Origin: Candidatus Bathyarchaeia archaeon
GTDB lineage: Archaea; Thermoproteota; Bathyarchaeia; Bathyarchaeales; Bathycorpusculaceae
Assembly: GCA_049515895.1 (NCBI GenBank)
Contig: JBEKTQ010000017.1
Location: 1-63,630 of the forward strand
Direction: 5' to 3'
DNA: 63,630 nt
In this document: one piece after another, positions 10,347 to 19,127 of the stretch
Layout: the number at the start of each line of letters is the position of its first letter
Numbering within the stretch: position 1 is the first letter of the stretch
Made by a program: the position numbers and the translations under genes
The notes under the pieces: generated by a model
Told to the model about the DNA's origin: nothing
Databases searched by the model: none
What the model saw: only the letters and a program-made list of their open reading frames with translations

Positions 10347-10405
10347 AAATCCTTTAAATTATGCATAGGGGATTTAAACGCTTTCGTCATGAAAAAAGCA
10401 AAGTT

Positions 10406-11485
10406 TTACGTCAAAACCAGCCTTTTGTTTTTGTACTTTATTTCGACGGTTTGCTTATCAGTTATTTTGCCTATTATTTCGGGCTTTGCGCCCTCGTTCT
10501 CCAGAGTGCTCATTGCTTTGTCGGCTTCCGTTTTGTCAATGATTATGCCGAAGCCCCATCCCATGTTAAACGTTTTGAACATTTCCTCGTCAGAAATGCT
10601 GTAGTCTAGTTCGGCGGCGGTTTTTTGGATTAATCCGAATATGGGTTGTGGTCTGAAGTTGGTAAATTCAAATCCTATTCCATTGGAAAAATTAGCCAGG
10701 TTGTTGAATTTCATGTAGGCGTCACCTGTGATGTGGATTGCTGCTTTGACTTTGACTTTTTTGGCTAACTTGAGAATCGGCTTAACATAGATTTTTGTCG
10801 GCTCAAGCGTTTCAAGCACGATTTCCCTGTCCAAGCCGTCTGGGACATCACTCGGCTGATATTTTCCTCCCCACTGCTTAAACAGGATTTTTCTTACCAT
10901 TGTTAAGCCGTTGCTGTGCAATCCGCTACTTGGTAAGCCGATTATTGGGTCTTCCGGTTTGATATTTTCGCCCGTTATAATTTCTTGCTTCTCAACAGTG
11001 CCAACCGAGGCCACTACCATGTCAAAGCCTGCGTTGTCCACAACACCTTTTATTATTTCTGCAACGTCGCCTGTTTCACCGCCTGTAACTGGGCATTCCG
11101 CTTCAGAGGCGCCTTGAATAATTCCTTTGAGCCACTCTCTTACAAGGCGAGGTTCACTGGCTTGCGCATGAATGTTGTCGGCTATTGCGAGTGGTCTAGC
11201 TCCTGAACGAATTATATCGTTGACGGCCATCGCTACCGCGTCAATCCCTATTGTGTCATATTTCCCTGCCAGTTGAGCCAGAAGAACTTTTGTGCCCACA
11301 CCTTCGATAACGAGGTCCAAGAAGGTGTTTTCTCCAACTGGAAAAATATTGCCGTAGGGTAAACGCATCACGTTGCCAAAGTGGCTATGCTTGTAGGTTT
11401 CTTGCAGGTCTTTTAGGACTTTTTTTGATTCGACGCGTTGTTGCCGGTTTACGCCTGCGTCGGTGTAAGTGTAATTTTTAGGCAA
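10406..11485 (-). CDS. purM: AIR synthetase (phosphoribosylformylglycinamidine cyclo-ligase)
   Basis: YTDAGVN, EGVGTK, GGETG, SSGLHSNG, HITG, TFNMGWG. Confidence 0.96.
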   Translation of the reverse strand: MPKNYTYTDAGVNRQQRVESKKVLKDLQETYKHSHFGNVMRLPYGNIFPVGENTFLDLVIEGVGTKVLLAQLAGKYDTIGIDAVAMAVNDIIRSGARPLAIADNIHAQASEPRLVREWLKGIIQGASEAECPVTGGETGDVAEIIKGVVDNAGFDMVVASVGTVEKQEIITGENIKPEDPIIGLPSSGLHSNGLTMVRKILFKQWGGKYQPSDVPDGLDREIVLETLEPTKIYVKPILKLAKKVKVKAAIHITGDAYMKFNNLANFSNGIGFEFTNFRPQPIFGLIQKTAAELDYSISDEEMFKTFNMGWGFGIIIDKTEADKAMSTLENEGAKPEIIGKITDKQTVEIKYKNKRLVLT

Positions 11486-11552
11486 GCTGTTGTTCCTCGG
11501 GTATTCTTTCTGTTTTGTCAGAAATAACGCTTATGCTTATCTCGTAGCACAA

Positions 11553-11921
11553 TCATGTTTTGCTGGTTTTTTGGCCTATCAATTCGAGAGGTTCTTGAGG
11601 TTTAACAGGCTTCAGGAGATAGGCGTCTGGGTGAGCGCTTTTGTTATCCATTGTTGGAAAACCTGTAATTACGATTTTAACCATTTTGCCTCTTGGGTCA
11701 GCTAGTTTATGCAAAAGGTCCATTCCATTCATATCTGGAAGACAAATATCAATCAGGGCAACGTCATAAGCTTTGCAGTATGCTTTTTGAATTGCATCTT
11801 CCCCAGTTTGGGCAGTGTTAGTTTGACACCCGTTTTTCTGCAAGATGCGCGAAAATGTCCGGGTTATGTTTTCGTCGTCATCGATAATTAAGATGTTAAT
11901 GTTTGCTTTATCCAAATTCAT
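11553..11921 (-). CDS. Single-domain response regulator receiver
   Basis: ILIIDDD, LIDICLPDMNG (phospho-Asp), ITG, LLKP. Confidence 0.88.
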   Translation of the reverse strand: MNLDKANINILIIDDDENITRTFSRILQKNGCQTNTAQTGEDAIQKAYCKAYDVALIDICLPDMNGMDLLHKLADPRGKMVKIVITGFPTMDNKSAHPDAYLLKPVKPQEPLELIGQKTSKT

Positions 11922-12066
11922 TTTCCATCCCAAAAAATGAACTGCCCATAATGGTTTTTTACTTCCGCATTCAGTTTAAGAACTATTATTACTGAAATGG
12001 AATACTCAAATAAAAAGTAATATATTGTCCCGAACCCAACAAAAGCAAGCCTGAGGTAAAAGGCGT

Positions 12067-12108
12067 TTGCGGTCGTAGTCTAGCTTGGTTAGGACATCAG
12101 GTTCCCAA
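12067..12108 (+). repeat. att site: orphaned 5' half of tRNA-Gly
   Basis: ttgcggtcgtagtctagcttggttaggacatcaggttcccaa, repeated at 16093 with one C/T difference. Confidence 0.95.
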
Positions 12109-12109
12109 G

Positions 12110-12964
12110 ATGGACAATGGTAAAGACTTCGATTGGGAATCTTATAAGCAATGGTTAAAGTCCAAGTACAGTAAGCATTATGTCGATAACGTCTTTGCTT
12201 ATACAAGAAAGTATCTTGATTGCTTTTATGATGTATCAAAGATTACCGTTATGCCGAATACAAACAAAGATAACGTAATTGACGCACTTATCGCATTTTC
12301 TAAGTATATGGGTTGCTATGAGCAGTTTAAGCAAAAGCTAACAAACTATGACATCAAGAGGCATAAACAAAACTGCATTGAATCATTTTTGCGAATATTT
12401 GCAGCAAGTGATAGTGACATACTGGATTGGTACAGCAAGGCTATAACTGCACTAAGACCGAATGAACGGTTATTTCTCAAATTTACAAAGCTAATCGGAG
12501 CTAGAAAGGAAGAATGCATAAACAGCTTCAACCTTATTATCCAGCTGCAAAAAGAAAACAAGCTGTCAGAATACTACAATAAAGAACTAAGTTGCTTAAT
12601 GCACTTCAAGTATGGCAACCTGTTCTTGCGTATTAAGAAAAACCTCTTCATCAGTTTCGTACCTGAAACCTTAATCAATGAAATAGCAAGCAGTACATCA
12701 ATAACGTATCCAGCAATAAGGAAAAGGTTGAACCATAACCATTTGACAGTTCGTATATCAGAACTTAGGGATTATTATGGCACATATCTTTTACAGCATG
12801 GTATTCTAGAACAAGAGGTTAATCTATTGCAAGGTCGAATTCCTGTTAGCGTTTTCTGTAAACACTATTGGAGTCCTAAGCTGGGTGAATTGAGAAACAG
12901 GGTGTTTAAGGCAATTGAACACATGGAAGTTCAGCAACAGCAACCGATAACAACAACGCAATAA
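12110..12964 (+). CDS. int: Tyrosine integrase, catalytic C-terminal fragment Int(C), SSV1-like
   Basis: GAR (catalytic Arg), ELRDY, LLQGR, KHY (catalytic Tyr); starts directly after att. Confidence 0.9.
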   Translation: MDNGKDFDWESYKQWLKSKYSKHYVDNVFAYTRKYLDCFYDVSKITVMPNTNKDNVIDALIAFSKYMGCYEQFKQKLTNYDIKRHKQNCIESFLRIFAASDSDILDWYSKAITALRPNERLFLKFTKLIGARKEECINSFNLIIQLQKENKLSEYYNKELSCLMHFKYGNLFLRIKKNLFISFVPETLINEIASSTSITYPAIRKRLNHNHLTVRISELRDYYGTYLLQHGILEQEVNLLQGRIPVSVFCKHYWSPKLGELRNRVFKAIEHMEVQQQQPITTTQ

Positions 12965-13851
12965 CCTTTTCTTTCTATCTTTTTTGAACAACCACTTATT
13001 ACAGTCCTTAATCGTTGACACTCTTCATTATTCCATTTTTGGTAGAAATGTTAAGGCTTAGAAATGTTAGACTAAAACTAATAGGGAATTTCACTACTTA
13101 ACTAAGTTTTTGAATGCCAAAAATGTTTACTAAAATTTCGTTGGTAGTTACTACATCTAGTTAACGGAAGCATTTTGAAGTTCTTTGCTTAACCTCCATG
13201 TGACAAAACCGATTGCAGCGACAACGAAACTTAGGATTGTAAAAGTGTCTAACGAATCCATGGTATAAGATGGGATAGACCAGTAGACAGATAGTCTGGA
13301 TGAATAAGTTGAACAAGTACACCGTAACCCCATGCTAACAAACCGAACAAGAAAAGAAATTCTCCAGCAACCTTTAAAACAATCTGCTTTAGATGCGCAG
13401 GCATGAGGCATAGTTCCTATGTTTCTTGAAGTCAAGTTCTGAATGCCCTTAATAAGAATTTACCTGTAATTTCTTGTTTTAATTAACCCTGTTGTATCGT
13501 TACGACTTTTCACCAATTTAGTTTTATAGAAACGTTAAGAGAATAGAAATGTTAGGTTAAAAGCTAAAGGGGATTTCCCTATTCTGCTAAGTTTCCATTT
13601 ATACGTTTTAGCTTCGATTTACTCTTAGCCCTATTTGCTACTGTCAGAAAGGGGTACATGGTTGCACCTTTTTTAGAGTCTCATTCTAGAATTTAGGTTA
13701 GAATTAGACAGGGTATTTTAAAACGTCATTCTAAATTTAGGCTTTCATTAGATCAAAAAGTAAGATTCAAAAATTAGCTTTTTTCGTGCCTAGGTACACT
13801 AATAAAAAAAAATAACAGAAACTTTAACGCTTTTTCTGGGTAATTTAATAA

Positions 13852-14556
13852 CTAAGGCATTTTCACTTTTTCATAATCATATATGAAAAGTGGTGTTTCA
13901 ATTAGAAATGGATCTATGGAGCTTACATCGCTAACATAGATAGGCTGCATAGATTTACCTCTGAATTTGTCATAGATTTGCTCAAAACCTCTAGGAGCAT
14001 ATTTTGGTGTAAATAATTTAAAATGAGATAGCCAATCTGCTGCTGGGTAATGAATAACATTAAGCAAAAAAGCACCAGCTAAAGCATCTCTTACAACCCT
14101 CAAATTTGCTTTTGAAAGATTATCTCCGAAATCGTGCTTAATATCGTTATAAGAATCCCACCATTCAGGTTTAGCCTCTTTGAAAGGTATAATCTTCATC
14201 CTCTTTGGGAGACACTTGAAAGTAACTTCCTCAGATGATATACCATATATTTCGTTAAAGGCACGTACTCCACTTGTTAGTGTTCCCAATTTGTCATCTG
14301 CTCTTCTCAAAATTTCTTTGCAAGATTCTTTTTCCGAAAACAGATGGTATCTTGCCATTTCTTTAAATGCAGAATCCACATGAGCGCCAATAGCTAAAAG
14401 TAGATTAGCTAATCTGAAAGAGTAAGTTTTTTCATTTCCTTCTAAGTAGGGAACATAATCTAAGAAATCTTCAAATTGTCGTTCCAAATCTTTGTAGTAT
14501 TCCCAAAAACCACCATTCTCAAAAGTAGGTTCGAATCCCTTTTCTGACTTTGCCAT
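13852..14556 (-). CDS. Hypothetical cargo protein (all-alpha; YNDIKH motif resembles HEPN-like domains)
   Basis: 234-aa ORF with ATG start; WWDSYNDIKHD. Confidence 0.6.
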   Translation of the reverse strand: MAKSEKGFEPTFENGGFWEYYKDLERQFEDFLDYVPYLEGNEKTYSFRLANLLLAIGAHVDSAFKEMARYHLFSEKESCKEILRRADDKLGTLTSGVRAFNEIYGISSEEVTFKCLPKRMKIIPFKEAKPEWWDSYNDIKHDFGDNLSKANLRVVRDALAGAFLLNVIHYPAADWLSHFKLFTPKYAPRGFEQIYDKFRGKSMQPIYVSDVSSIDPFLIETPLFIYDYEKVKMP

Positions 14557-14597
14557 GTTATAGCCTATTTCTACGCTTTTCAGATTTAAGACTTATC

Positions 14598-14816
14598 TCA
14601 GTACCTTTGTCTTTTTCTAGCGTGATACGATGAATGGTGACTTCTACTCATTTGGTCAAGATTACTTCTTCTAAAGTTGCCCTTGTTTTCATCTCTATGG
14701 TGAATAACGCTATTCCCTAAATTACCGTACATATTCCTTGCAACATCTCTATGCACTAATCTATTGCTGTCGTTCCACCTTGGGTAACCATTCCTATCTT
14801 TGTGAAACCCACCCAT
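14598..14816 (-). CDS. Minimal HNH endonuclease-domain protein
   Basis: GYP..VHR..A, IHHRDENKGNFRRSNL, HHSSYH. Confidence 0.8.
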   Translation of the reverse strand: MGGFHKDRNGYPRWNDSNRLVHRDVARNMYGNLGNSVIHHRDENKGNFRRSNLDQMSRSHHSSYHARKRQRY

Positions 14817-14968
14817 ATTTTACTTCACCACGATTATGTTATATTAGGTCAAACAGTGGTTTAAATCCGACTCTCCCATCCAATTTTTTACTTTTACTAC
14901 ACCCTCTAGTATTCTGAGATGTCGTTAAGGACCTTGGTTTTTAAAGCCTATAAACGTCAAAGAAGGTT

Positions 14969-15136
14969 ATGGAAAAAGTTGATTTAACTAGACCTTGTGA
15001 CGCTTGTGGAAAGTTCATAGGCGGTTTCTTTGTGTATTGTCCTAAATGTCAAATTTACTTCTGCTATATTTGTTGGTTTGAGCTAATGTGTCTCCACAAA
15101 CTTTTTTGTCTTATGTGTGGCGGTAAACTTAGCTGA
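14969..15136 (+). CDS. 55-aa Cys-rich zinc-finger protein (four CxxC); absent from the ORF track
   Basis: Manual translation MEKVDLTRPCDACGKFIGGFFVYCPKCQIYFCYICWFELMCLHKLFCLMCGGKLS; TATA-like ctataaa upstream. Confidence 0.7.
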   Translation: MEKVDLTRPCDACGKFIGGFFVYCPKCQIYFCYICWFELMCLHKLFCLMCGGKLS

Positions 15137-15743
15137 CTTACTATACTTCTTTTAGCTTTTTTGCCTGTTAAGCTATGCAGATTTAAGACTTTTGAACATG
15201 GCAAGATAGCATTCGTTCTATTCCTTCTGGTTGATAGCATTGCATAAGGGTGTTAGGGCTTCAAGCGTTACAAGTGCAATTGAGTTAAGTTGGCGCAGTG
15301 AAGGTCGGTAACTTTTTATTGCATTGCCTTTGCCGATTCTCTCACGAAAGGGAATTGTTTCTATACTCTGCTCAATTGGGTTTTTTGGGTTCCGTACATG
15401 AACCCCTCCCTTCACATTCGCTTCAAATTTAATAATATCTTTAACGGTTATCAGCTCTTCGTTAACTCCTCAAGCATGTTGCCCTGCACGTTAAACCCTT
15501 TGTGGGGCGATTTTGTTTTATTCATTTTCTGTCACTCCATTTCTAACGTATTGCAGTCGCCACTTATAAAGTTGCATTAAAAGTGCCTATTTTAGCGTTT
15601 CAGATAATAAATTAGTAAGTAAAATATACAGTAATGTGTGAATATAGGTAGGGAGATAAAACTAGGAAATTAAGATAGATGCACACCATCAACAAAACAC
15701 ATAAATAGTATTAACTACTATTAAATACTAACAGTGGTTTGAG

Positions 15744-15890
15744 ATGGAAAAAAAGAAGCTCAATAAAACACTAAAAATAAGTTCTGAAGTACATAGCAGA
15801 CTGATGAATTTTGCTAAGAAGTCAGAGACATTAGACGATGCAATATCTAGACTATTAGACATAGCAGAAGACAAGAAGGGAAAAGCATGA
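15744..15890 (+). CDS. 48-aa ribbon-helix-helix (CopG-like) DNA-binding protein; absent from the ORF track
   Basis: MEKKKLNKTLKISSEVHSRLMNFAKKSETLDDAISRLLDIAEDKKGKA; ATGA overlap with Int(N). Confidence 0.7.
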   Translation: MEKKKLNKTLKISSEVHSRLMNFAKKSETLDDAISRLLDIAEDKKGKA

Positions 15891-16174
15891 AAGCTGTTTG
15901 TCCAGTTTGTGGTGTCATTGGGTCTGTACAGCAAAGAGGTAAGTCAGTAAGGATAGGGCATTACGTTGGTTACAAGGATGGTACGTCAATCATTCAATGG
16001 CATTCTGTTGGTAAAGATTTCATGGTAAAGAATGGTAAAGAATCAATGGTAAAGAATAAGGCTGAGAATGGCATAATTACTGAAAAGGACTATTGCGGTT
16101 GTAGTCTAGCTTGGTTAGGACATCAGGTTCCCAACCTGACAACCCGGGTTCAAATCCCGGTGACCGCATCTTAA
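15887..16174 (+). CDS. Integrase N-terminal fragment Int(N) with CPVC motif, reading through att/tRNA
   Basis: Its frame through the att (…SLAWLGHQVP) is the same frame that continues into Int(C) at the left att. Confidence 0.8.
   Translation: MKAVCPVCGVIGSVQQRGKSVRIGHYVGYKDGTSIIQWHSVGKDFMVKNGKESMVKNKAENGIITEKDYCGCSLAWLGHQVPNLTTRVQIPVTAS
16095..16168 (+). tRNA. tRNA-Gly (anticodon CCC), intronless
   Basis: Acceptor gcggttg/tgaccgc, anticodon arm tcagg-ttCCCaa-cctga, T arm ccggg-ttcaaat-cccgg. Confidence 0.95.
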
Positions 16175-16187
16175 CCGCACTATAATT

Positions 16188-16214
16188 CGGGTTCGAATCC
16201 CTTCACCACCGCCA
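16188..16214 (+). repeat. Degenerate tRNA 3'-end fragment
   Basis: cgggttcgaatccc...accgcca directly downstream of tRNA-Gly. Confidence 0.55.
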
Positions 16215-16339
16215 ATAAAAAAGCGCGCACGTTTTTCAGGCAGGTAAAATCGAAGGCGCTCTCAGTATTATTGAGGTTAATTCGCATCAAGTGAGCGCGA
16301 CAATGCAGTACGAATATTTGGAAAAATTCATTAAATCCT

Positions 16340-17086
16340 TTGCACAACTTTGACCTGAAGGCGCCATCGTTGAGAATTGGCATTTTGGGCGGAACAGGAA
16401 ACATGGGCAGAGGCCTTGCGATTCGTTGGGCATTGAAGCATGATGTTCTCATGGGATCACGATCCTCAGATCGAGCTTCCGAGATCGCTAAGGAACAGGA
16501 AAATATTGCTCGCGGATTCTATCAAGCAGAAATGAAAGGAAGCATAAAAGGGAAATACAATACTGATGCTGCCAGAAACTCCGAAATAATTGTAATGGCT
16601 CTCCCACCAGCTGCCGTAATTAAAGCGACTATAGCGCTCAGGACATGCTTACAACCGAATCAGATTCTCATATCGACCGTTGTCTCAATGAAGAAAAGCA
16701 AAGGCCTTTTTATCCACACCCCGATTCCAAACGAGAATACGAAAAGATACCAAGGAAAGTCTGCAGCCGAAGTAATCCAAAGAATAGTCAAGACTACGCC
16801 GGTCGTTTCAGCCTTCCAGACCGTACCAGCGACCTACTTGAACAAAGTCGACTCGGTTATGAACATTGATGTCTTGATCGCTGGCAACGACGCCCACGCG
16901 CTTACCTTAACCTCCAAACTGATAGAGGATATACCCAACTTGCGCCCTCTTAGAGTAGGTCCTCTGGTAAACTCGAAGTTGATCGAGTCACTGACACCGC
17001 TACTTCTAAACGCGGCAATTCTCAATAAACTTCAGGAACCATCCATCCGAATAGTTCCATGGATGCCAAAATCCTTCGAAGAATAA
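16340..17086 (+). CDS. npdG: NADPH-dependent F420 reductase (probable start TTG 16370)
   Basis: GILGGTGNMGRGLA, GSRS, SAAE, VVSAFQTVPA, VGPL..S..IESLTPLL. Confidence 0.88.
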   Translation: MHNFDLKAPSLRIGILGGTGNMGRGLAIRWALKHDVLMGSRSSDRASEIAKEQENIARGFYQAEMKGSIKGKYNTDAARNSEIIVMALPPAAVIKATIALRTCLQPNQILISTVVSMKKSKGLFIHTPIPNENTKRYQGKSAAEVIQRIVKTTPVVSAFQTVPATYLNKVDSVMNIDVLIAGNDAHALTLTSKLIEDIPNLRPLRVGPLVNSKLIESLTPLLLNAAILNKLQEPSIRIVPWMPKSFEE

Positions 17087-17156
17087 GCTCCCTCGCGAAA
17101 GCACATATGATACTAGCGATTTCGCTCTCCGAGAGTTATTGCTTCTTTAGTGTACC

Positions 17157-17492
17157 TTATGCTTTTATCATGATTAGCATCATTTTGAATTTTCTGATCG
17201 CTTTGAGTGCGTGTGGTTTGTTGGCAGGCAGAATTATCATTTCTCCTTCTTTTACATGATAGATTTTTTCAGATAATGCAACTTTCACCTCGCCATCGAG
17301 AACGCTTACCAAAGCGTCGTATGGCGCAACATGTTCGCTAAGTCCCTGTCCTTCATCAAAAGCAAAGAAGGTCACGGTTCCAGCTTTTTTGTCAATCAAT
17401 GTGCGGCTTACAATTGAGCCTTCTTGATATTCCACCAAACTGATCATTTTGAGAATTTGGGCATTTTCAACAACTTTTTTGCTTTGCTCCAT
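17157..17492 (-). CDS. Cupin domain protein
   Basis: FAFDEGQGLSEH..P, LDGE, PANKPHAL. Confidence 0.9.
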   Translation of the reverse strand: MEQSKKVVENAQILKMISLVEYQEGSIVSRTLIDKKAGTVTFFAFDEGQGLSEHVAPYDALVSVLDGEVKVALSEKIYHVKEGEMIILPANKPHALKAIRKFKMMLIMIKA

Positions 17493-17878
17493 AAACGATT
17501 CATCTCGACTATACTTAAAAAGCCATTAAATCGCTGCACAAATTTAGAGTTAGTGGTAGTGCACATTTGGTTTTCCTACCATCAAGGAAGGATGGAACGT
17601 GAGAAACCGCGTGAAGAGTTTGAATGAAAAGCAAAACGTCATAGCCATAAGCGCGCCGCGCCAATTACTGTAGAAAAGAACACAATTTTGGGGGTTTATA
17701 TCCCATAACTGAATCTTATGGTTTGAACCCGTTGCGGTTCAAATCCCATAGAGACTTAGACCCTTTAGGATGCAGAAACCAATCGACACTACTTTTAAGA
17801 AAAAGGATTGGTGTTAAACCTGCATGGGCAACAGGCCAAAAAAACGCATGATGGCAAATATCAACGGCGATCGCGAAA

Positions 17879-18124
17879 TTAGGGTTTGTAAATAACGAAA
17901 TATTTTCTTTCTCTATCCTCTTTAATTGCTAAGCTATTGCTTTTAGCGAATTCTTCAAGTCTTGATGTTTCAAAGTCACATTTTATCTCAAGCTGGTAAT
18001 GATTAGGCTTTACCTGCAACACCGCGATGTAAGAAGCGTCTACCAAGTTACAAGCAATCAATTCTTTTAAGAGCGCCATCGCTTGCGTTCTATCCAAGTG
18101 TACGTCCCCCAAACAAGTTAGCAA
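17879..18124 (-). CDS. Small hypothetical protein
   Basis: 81-aa ORF with globular composition, divergent from the wHTH gene. Confidence 0.55.
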   Translation of the reverse strand: MLTCLGDVHLDRTQAMALLKELIACNLVDASYIAVLQVKPNHYQLEIKCDFETSRLEEFAKSNSLAIKEDRERKYFVIYKP

Positions 18125-18165
18125 TTAATAACTTATTAAATTTCTTGCAAAGTCAATCAAACTAA

Positions 18166-18270
18166 CCAGTCAAGTTTGGAGACTACTTTGCGAAAATAAG
18201 TTAGCAAAACTAGTCAAGTTTAGAGACCATTTGGCGAAGTAAGATTAACTAAATCAATTAAGTTCGAAGG
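18166..18270. repeat. Degenerate 44-bp-period tandem repeat (about 2.5 units) in a divergent promoter region
   Basis: agtcaagttt at 18168 and 18212, aattaagttc at 18256; gagac..ttt.gcgaa..taag shared. Confidence 0.65.
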
Positions 18271-18477
18271 GCTTGTTTCATTCTTCCTTGTAAGGCATAT
18301 CGCTTTCGCGGATCTTTACTGCAGTCTCCAATTCGGTTTTTGGCATCCGTTGTTATTAACTTTCACACATGATACTCTAATAGAAACTATTTGGTCACCA
18401 AGGATCTGAAGTTCATAAATCATTTATAACGAAAAGATTAATAAGTCGTAAGAGTCAATAAACATGTGTGTCATGCG

Positions 18478-18756
18478 ATGAGTCGTAGCAGGCTTGAAAT
18501 TTATTTAGAAATTTTGGGTATCTTAAATCAAACAAGCCCAACAAAGCTAACGCACATCATGTGCAAAGTTAATATTAATTGTGCCATCCTAAAAGAATAC
18601 ATGAACTTCATGTTAAAACAAGGCTTGATTGAAGAGCGTACCGCTGGTAAGCGTCTATTTTATGCGATTACACAAAAAGGCATTGATGTTCTTGAGAATT
18701 TCCAAGAGCTTAAACAAATTCTACCAGTCATTGAATTAACTCAGAACCGAGATTGA
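18478..18756 (+). CDS. Winged-helix transcription regulator (HTH_45-type)
   Basis: RSRLEIYLEIL, THIM.K.N, YAITQKG. Confidence 0.85.
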   Translation: MSRSRLEIYLEILGILNQTSPTKLTHIMCKVNINCAILKEYMNFMLKQGLIEERTAGKRLFYAITQKGIDVLENFQELKQILPVIELTQNRD

Positions 18757-18770
18757 GTTAACTCCGTTTA

Positions 18771-18794
18771 GGGTTAAATCCGGTGACCGCGCCA
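18771..18794 (+). repeat. Eroded copy of the tRNA-Gly 3' end (possible old att scar)
   Basis: gggttaaatccggtgaccgcgcca vs tRNA gggttcaaatcccggtgaccgca. Confidence 0.7.
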
Positions 18795-18881
18795 AAAACT
18801 TCTACGGCAGATAAGCAAAAGAGAAAAAAGACAGGTTGATTCTAATATTCATGGTGGTCAATCTTTTTTTCAGCCTACCTG

Positions 18882-19127
18882 ATGCTTCCAGTCCCATCTT
18901 ACGCCCAGCAATACGTAAGATGCCCAAACTGCGGGTCACAGGTGACAGCGAACTCAAACTACTGCAACTTCTGCGGCACGCTCCTTCACCAGCCAGTTGT
19001 GCTAAAAATCTGCCCTCGATGCAACAATAGAATTCCTGCTTTAGCTAAGTTCTGTCCTGAATGCGGAAAAAGACAACCGGGCGAAAGAAACCAGCGAAAA
19101 CCTACGGAGCAGGCGGCAAGCCGCTGA
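18882..19127 (+). CDS. Double zinc-ribbon protein
   Basis: CPNCG, CNFCG, CPRC, FCPECG. Confidence 0.75.
   Translation: MLPVPSYAQQYVRCPNCGSQVTANSNYCNFCGTLLHQPVVLKICPRCNNRIPALAKFCPECGKRQPGERNQRKPTEQAASR

Larger units (their letters stand above)
12067..16134. mobile_element. Integrated element (~4.1 kb) in tRNA-Gly(CCC) with split SSV1-type integrase
   Basis: 42-bp direct repeats at 12067-12108 and 16093-16134 (1 mismatch) equal the tRNA 5' half; integrase next to the left repeat; AT-rich cargo. Confidence 0.92.

Noticed and set aside
13157-13435. 92-aa minus-strand ORF in element 1
   Set aside because: No recognisable motif; only a short ATG-started hydrophobic 3' part might be real, so it is not called.
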